Source: Phoronis australis
Lineage: Eukaryota; Animalia; Phoronida
DNA: 64,000 bases
Reading direction: 5' to 3'
Assembly: GCA_002633005.1 (NCBI GenBank)
Contig: NMRA01000028.1
Coordinates: 275,989-339,988 of the forward strand
Each line of letters begins with the position of its first letter. The stretch's first letter is position 1. This document shows positions 62,862-64,000 of the stretch, piece after piece. The notes under the pieces were generated by a model, which did no database searches, was not told where the DNA came from, and saw nothing but the letters and a program-made list of their open reading frames with translations. The translations under genes and the position numbers were made by a program.

Positions 62862-64000
62862 CAGGGTGCACACTTTTGTTTCAGAAATGGCATTTTATGA
62901 AGTTTTAATTTCAGCTTTGAGACTTCTTTTATTGGATTCAACATGACATATGGAATGTCAGGTTCAATTTTTTGTGAAGTATCCTCATTTAGTTTTTAAG
63001 ATTTGGCCTGTTGAAATAACAAAAATAAGAAATGTGGGCTACGGAGAATACATCATTGGTATCGTTACATTCATGTAAGACTTAAATCTGGCTTAGAAAC
63101 AAGAAAGTTTATTACTCTGGTAACTCATGCACTTGATCACTGAACATCAATATAAAAAAACTAGGTTTATACCTGTGTGTGCTTCACAAGGTGTGAGTAC
63201 ACAAATGAAACATAGCAATTGTACTTAGTCCTTAGACATACTTAGCACTTAACTATCATCAGAGTCACATCACTGTCAAAAGGAATGTCTAATTCCATAA
63301 ACTGCCATCAAAGAAGTACTGGAAAACACTTTTCGTTATCAGTAAACATTGAATGCATAAATCTCACATAACACAGAGGTCATGGAGGGGGCTACGGAGA
63401 ATACGAAATGTGCAGATACCTGTTTATAAGTGGATGAACACTTGAGCAATGCAATACAATTCATTTGCTTGTTAATACCAACACTTCTGAATGACCAAAG
63501 AACATCCATGTTTTATTAATAACGAGTTTAAACTGAAAAAGTAATTTTAGCTAAACTTGCCTCAAATCCCACCCAAAAATATTTGTTTAATTGTTCTTGT
63601 CTTGGAGAGATTATTTGTTCCCATTTCCTCAGTACATGCACCTAGATACAAGTCTTTTTCAAACCATGTACCAACAATTCAAAGTTGGGGTCTACGGAGA
63701 ATACATTCTGCTACGGAGAATACGAAAGACATTTTTGCTTATGGTCAATTCAAATCCAGGGCTTGGTCTAATATTTTTTGTGGGCCAAAAATAGGTTCAA
63801 GATTCCCAATGTGCAGTATCAAAAATTTTTATTAATGGAAGAACTTAATGGAATACAGACATGACTACGGAGAATACACAGTTTTTCTTAGGTGACTGTG
63901 GTATTATTGGGTAGAGGAATCCAATCACTAGGACATCTGGTGCAAATATGTGGTTTCTAACTCATATTCTACATACCATCAACCATTAAAAAACAGTTCA
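62862..64000 (+). mobile_element. Probable DNA transposon end with dispersed CTACGGAGAATAC subterminal repeats, in DDX3 intron 2
   Basis: CTACGGAGAATAC at ~63039, 63392, 63692, 63711, 63865; CAGGGTG start at 62862. Confidence 0.45.

Overview
Repeat-rich metazoan (invertebrate, probably lophotrochozoan) genomic DNA from a draft assembly with N-gaps at 26759-27226 and 50125-50841. Three host genes are recognisable. (1) An intronless FAM43-like PTB/PID gene (+, 40667-41467). (2) A complete RPL8/uL2 gene (-; non-coding TOP exon 1 at ~58686-58710 plus six coding exons, 56434 to 52090, 259 aa). (3) The first two coding exons of DDX3/PL10/belle (+, 59181-59225 and 61576-61642), head-to-head with RPL8 across a ~0.4 kb shared promoter. 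RPL8 introns appear to host small RNAs: a convincing SNORD95-like box C/D snoRNA (28S Am2815-equivalent guide), a second canonical C/D candidate with no target I recognise, and a double-hairpin/ACA candidate. Most of the rest, especially 14-40 kb, is a nested transposon graveyard: Kolobok-THAP, an Academ-like element with long TIRs, HERO-type RLE LINE, Gypsy, DIRS/Ngaro, ISL2EU/Harbinger, RNase H LINE, Sola2, CR1-like LINE, many MITEs (including a CAGGG family with 6-bp TSDs) and minisatellites. All calls are by eye; no database search was run.
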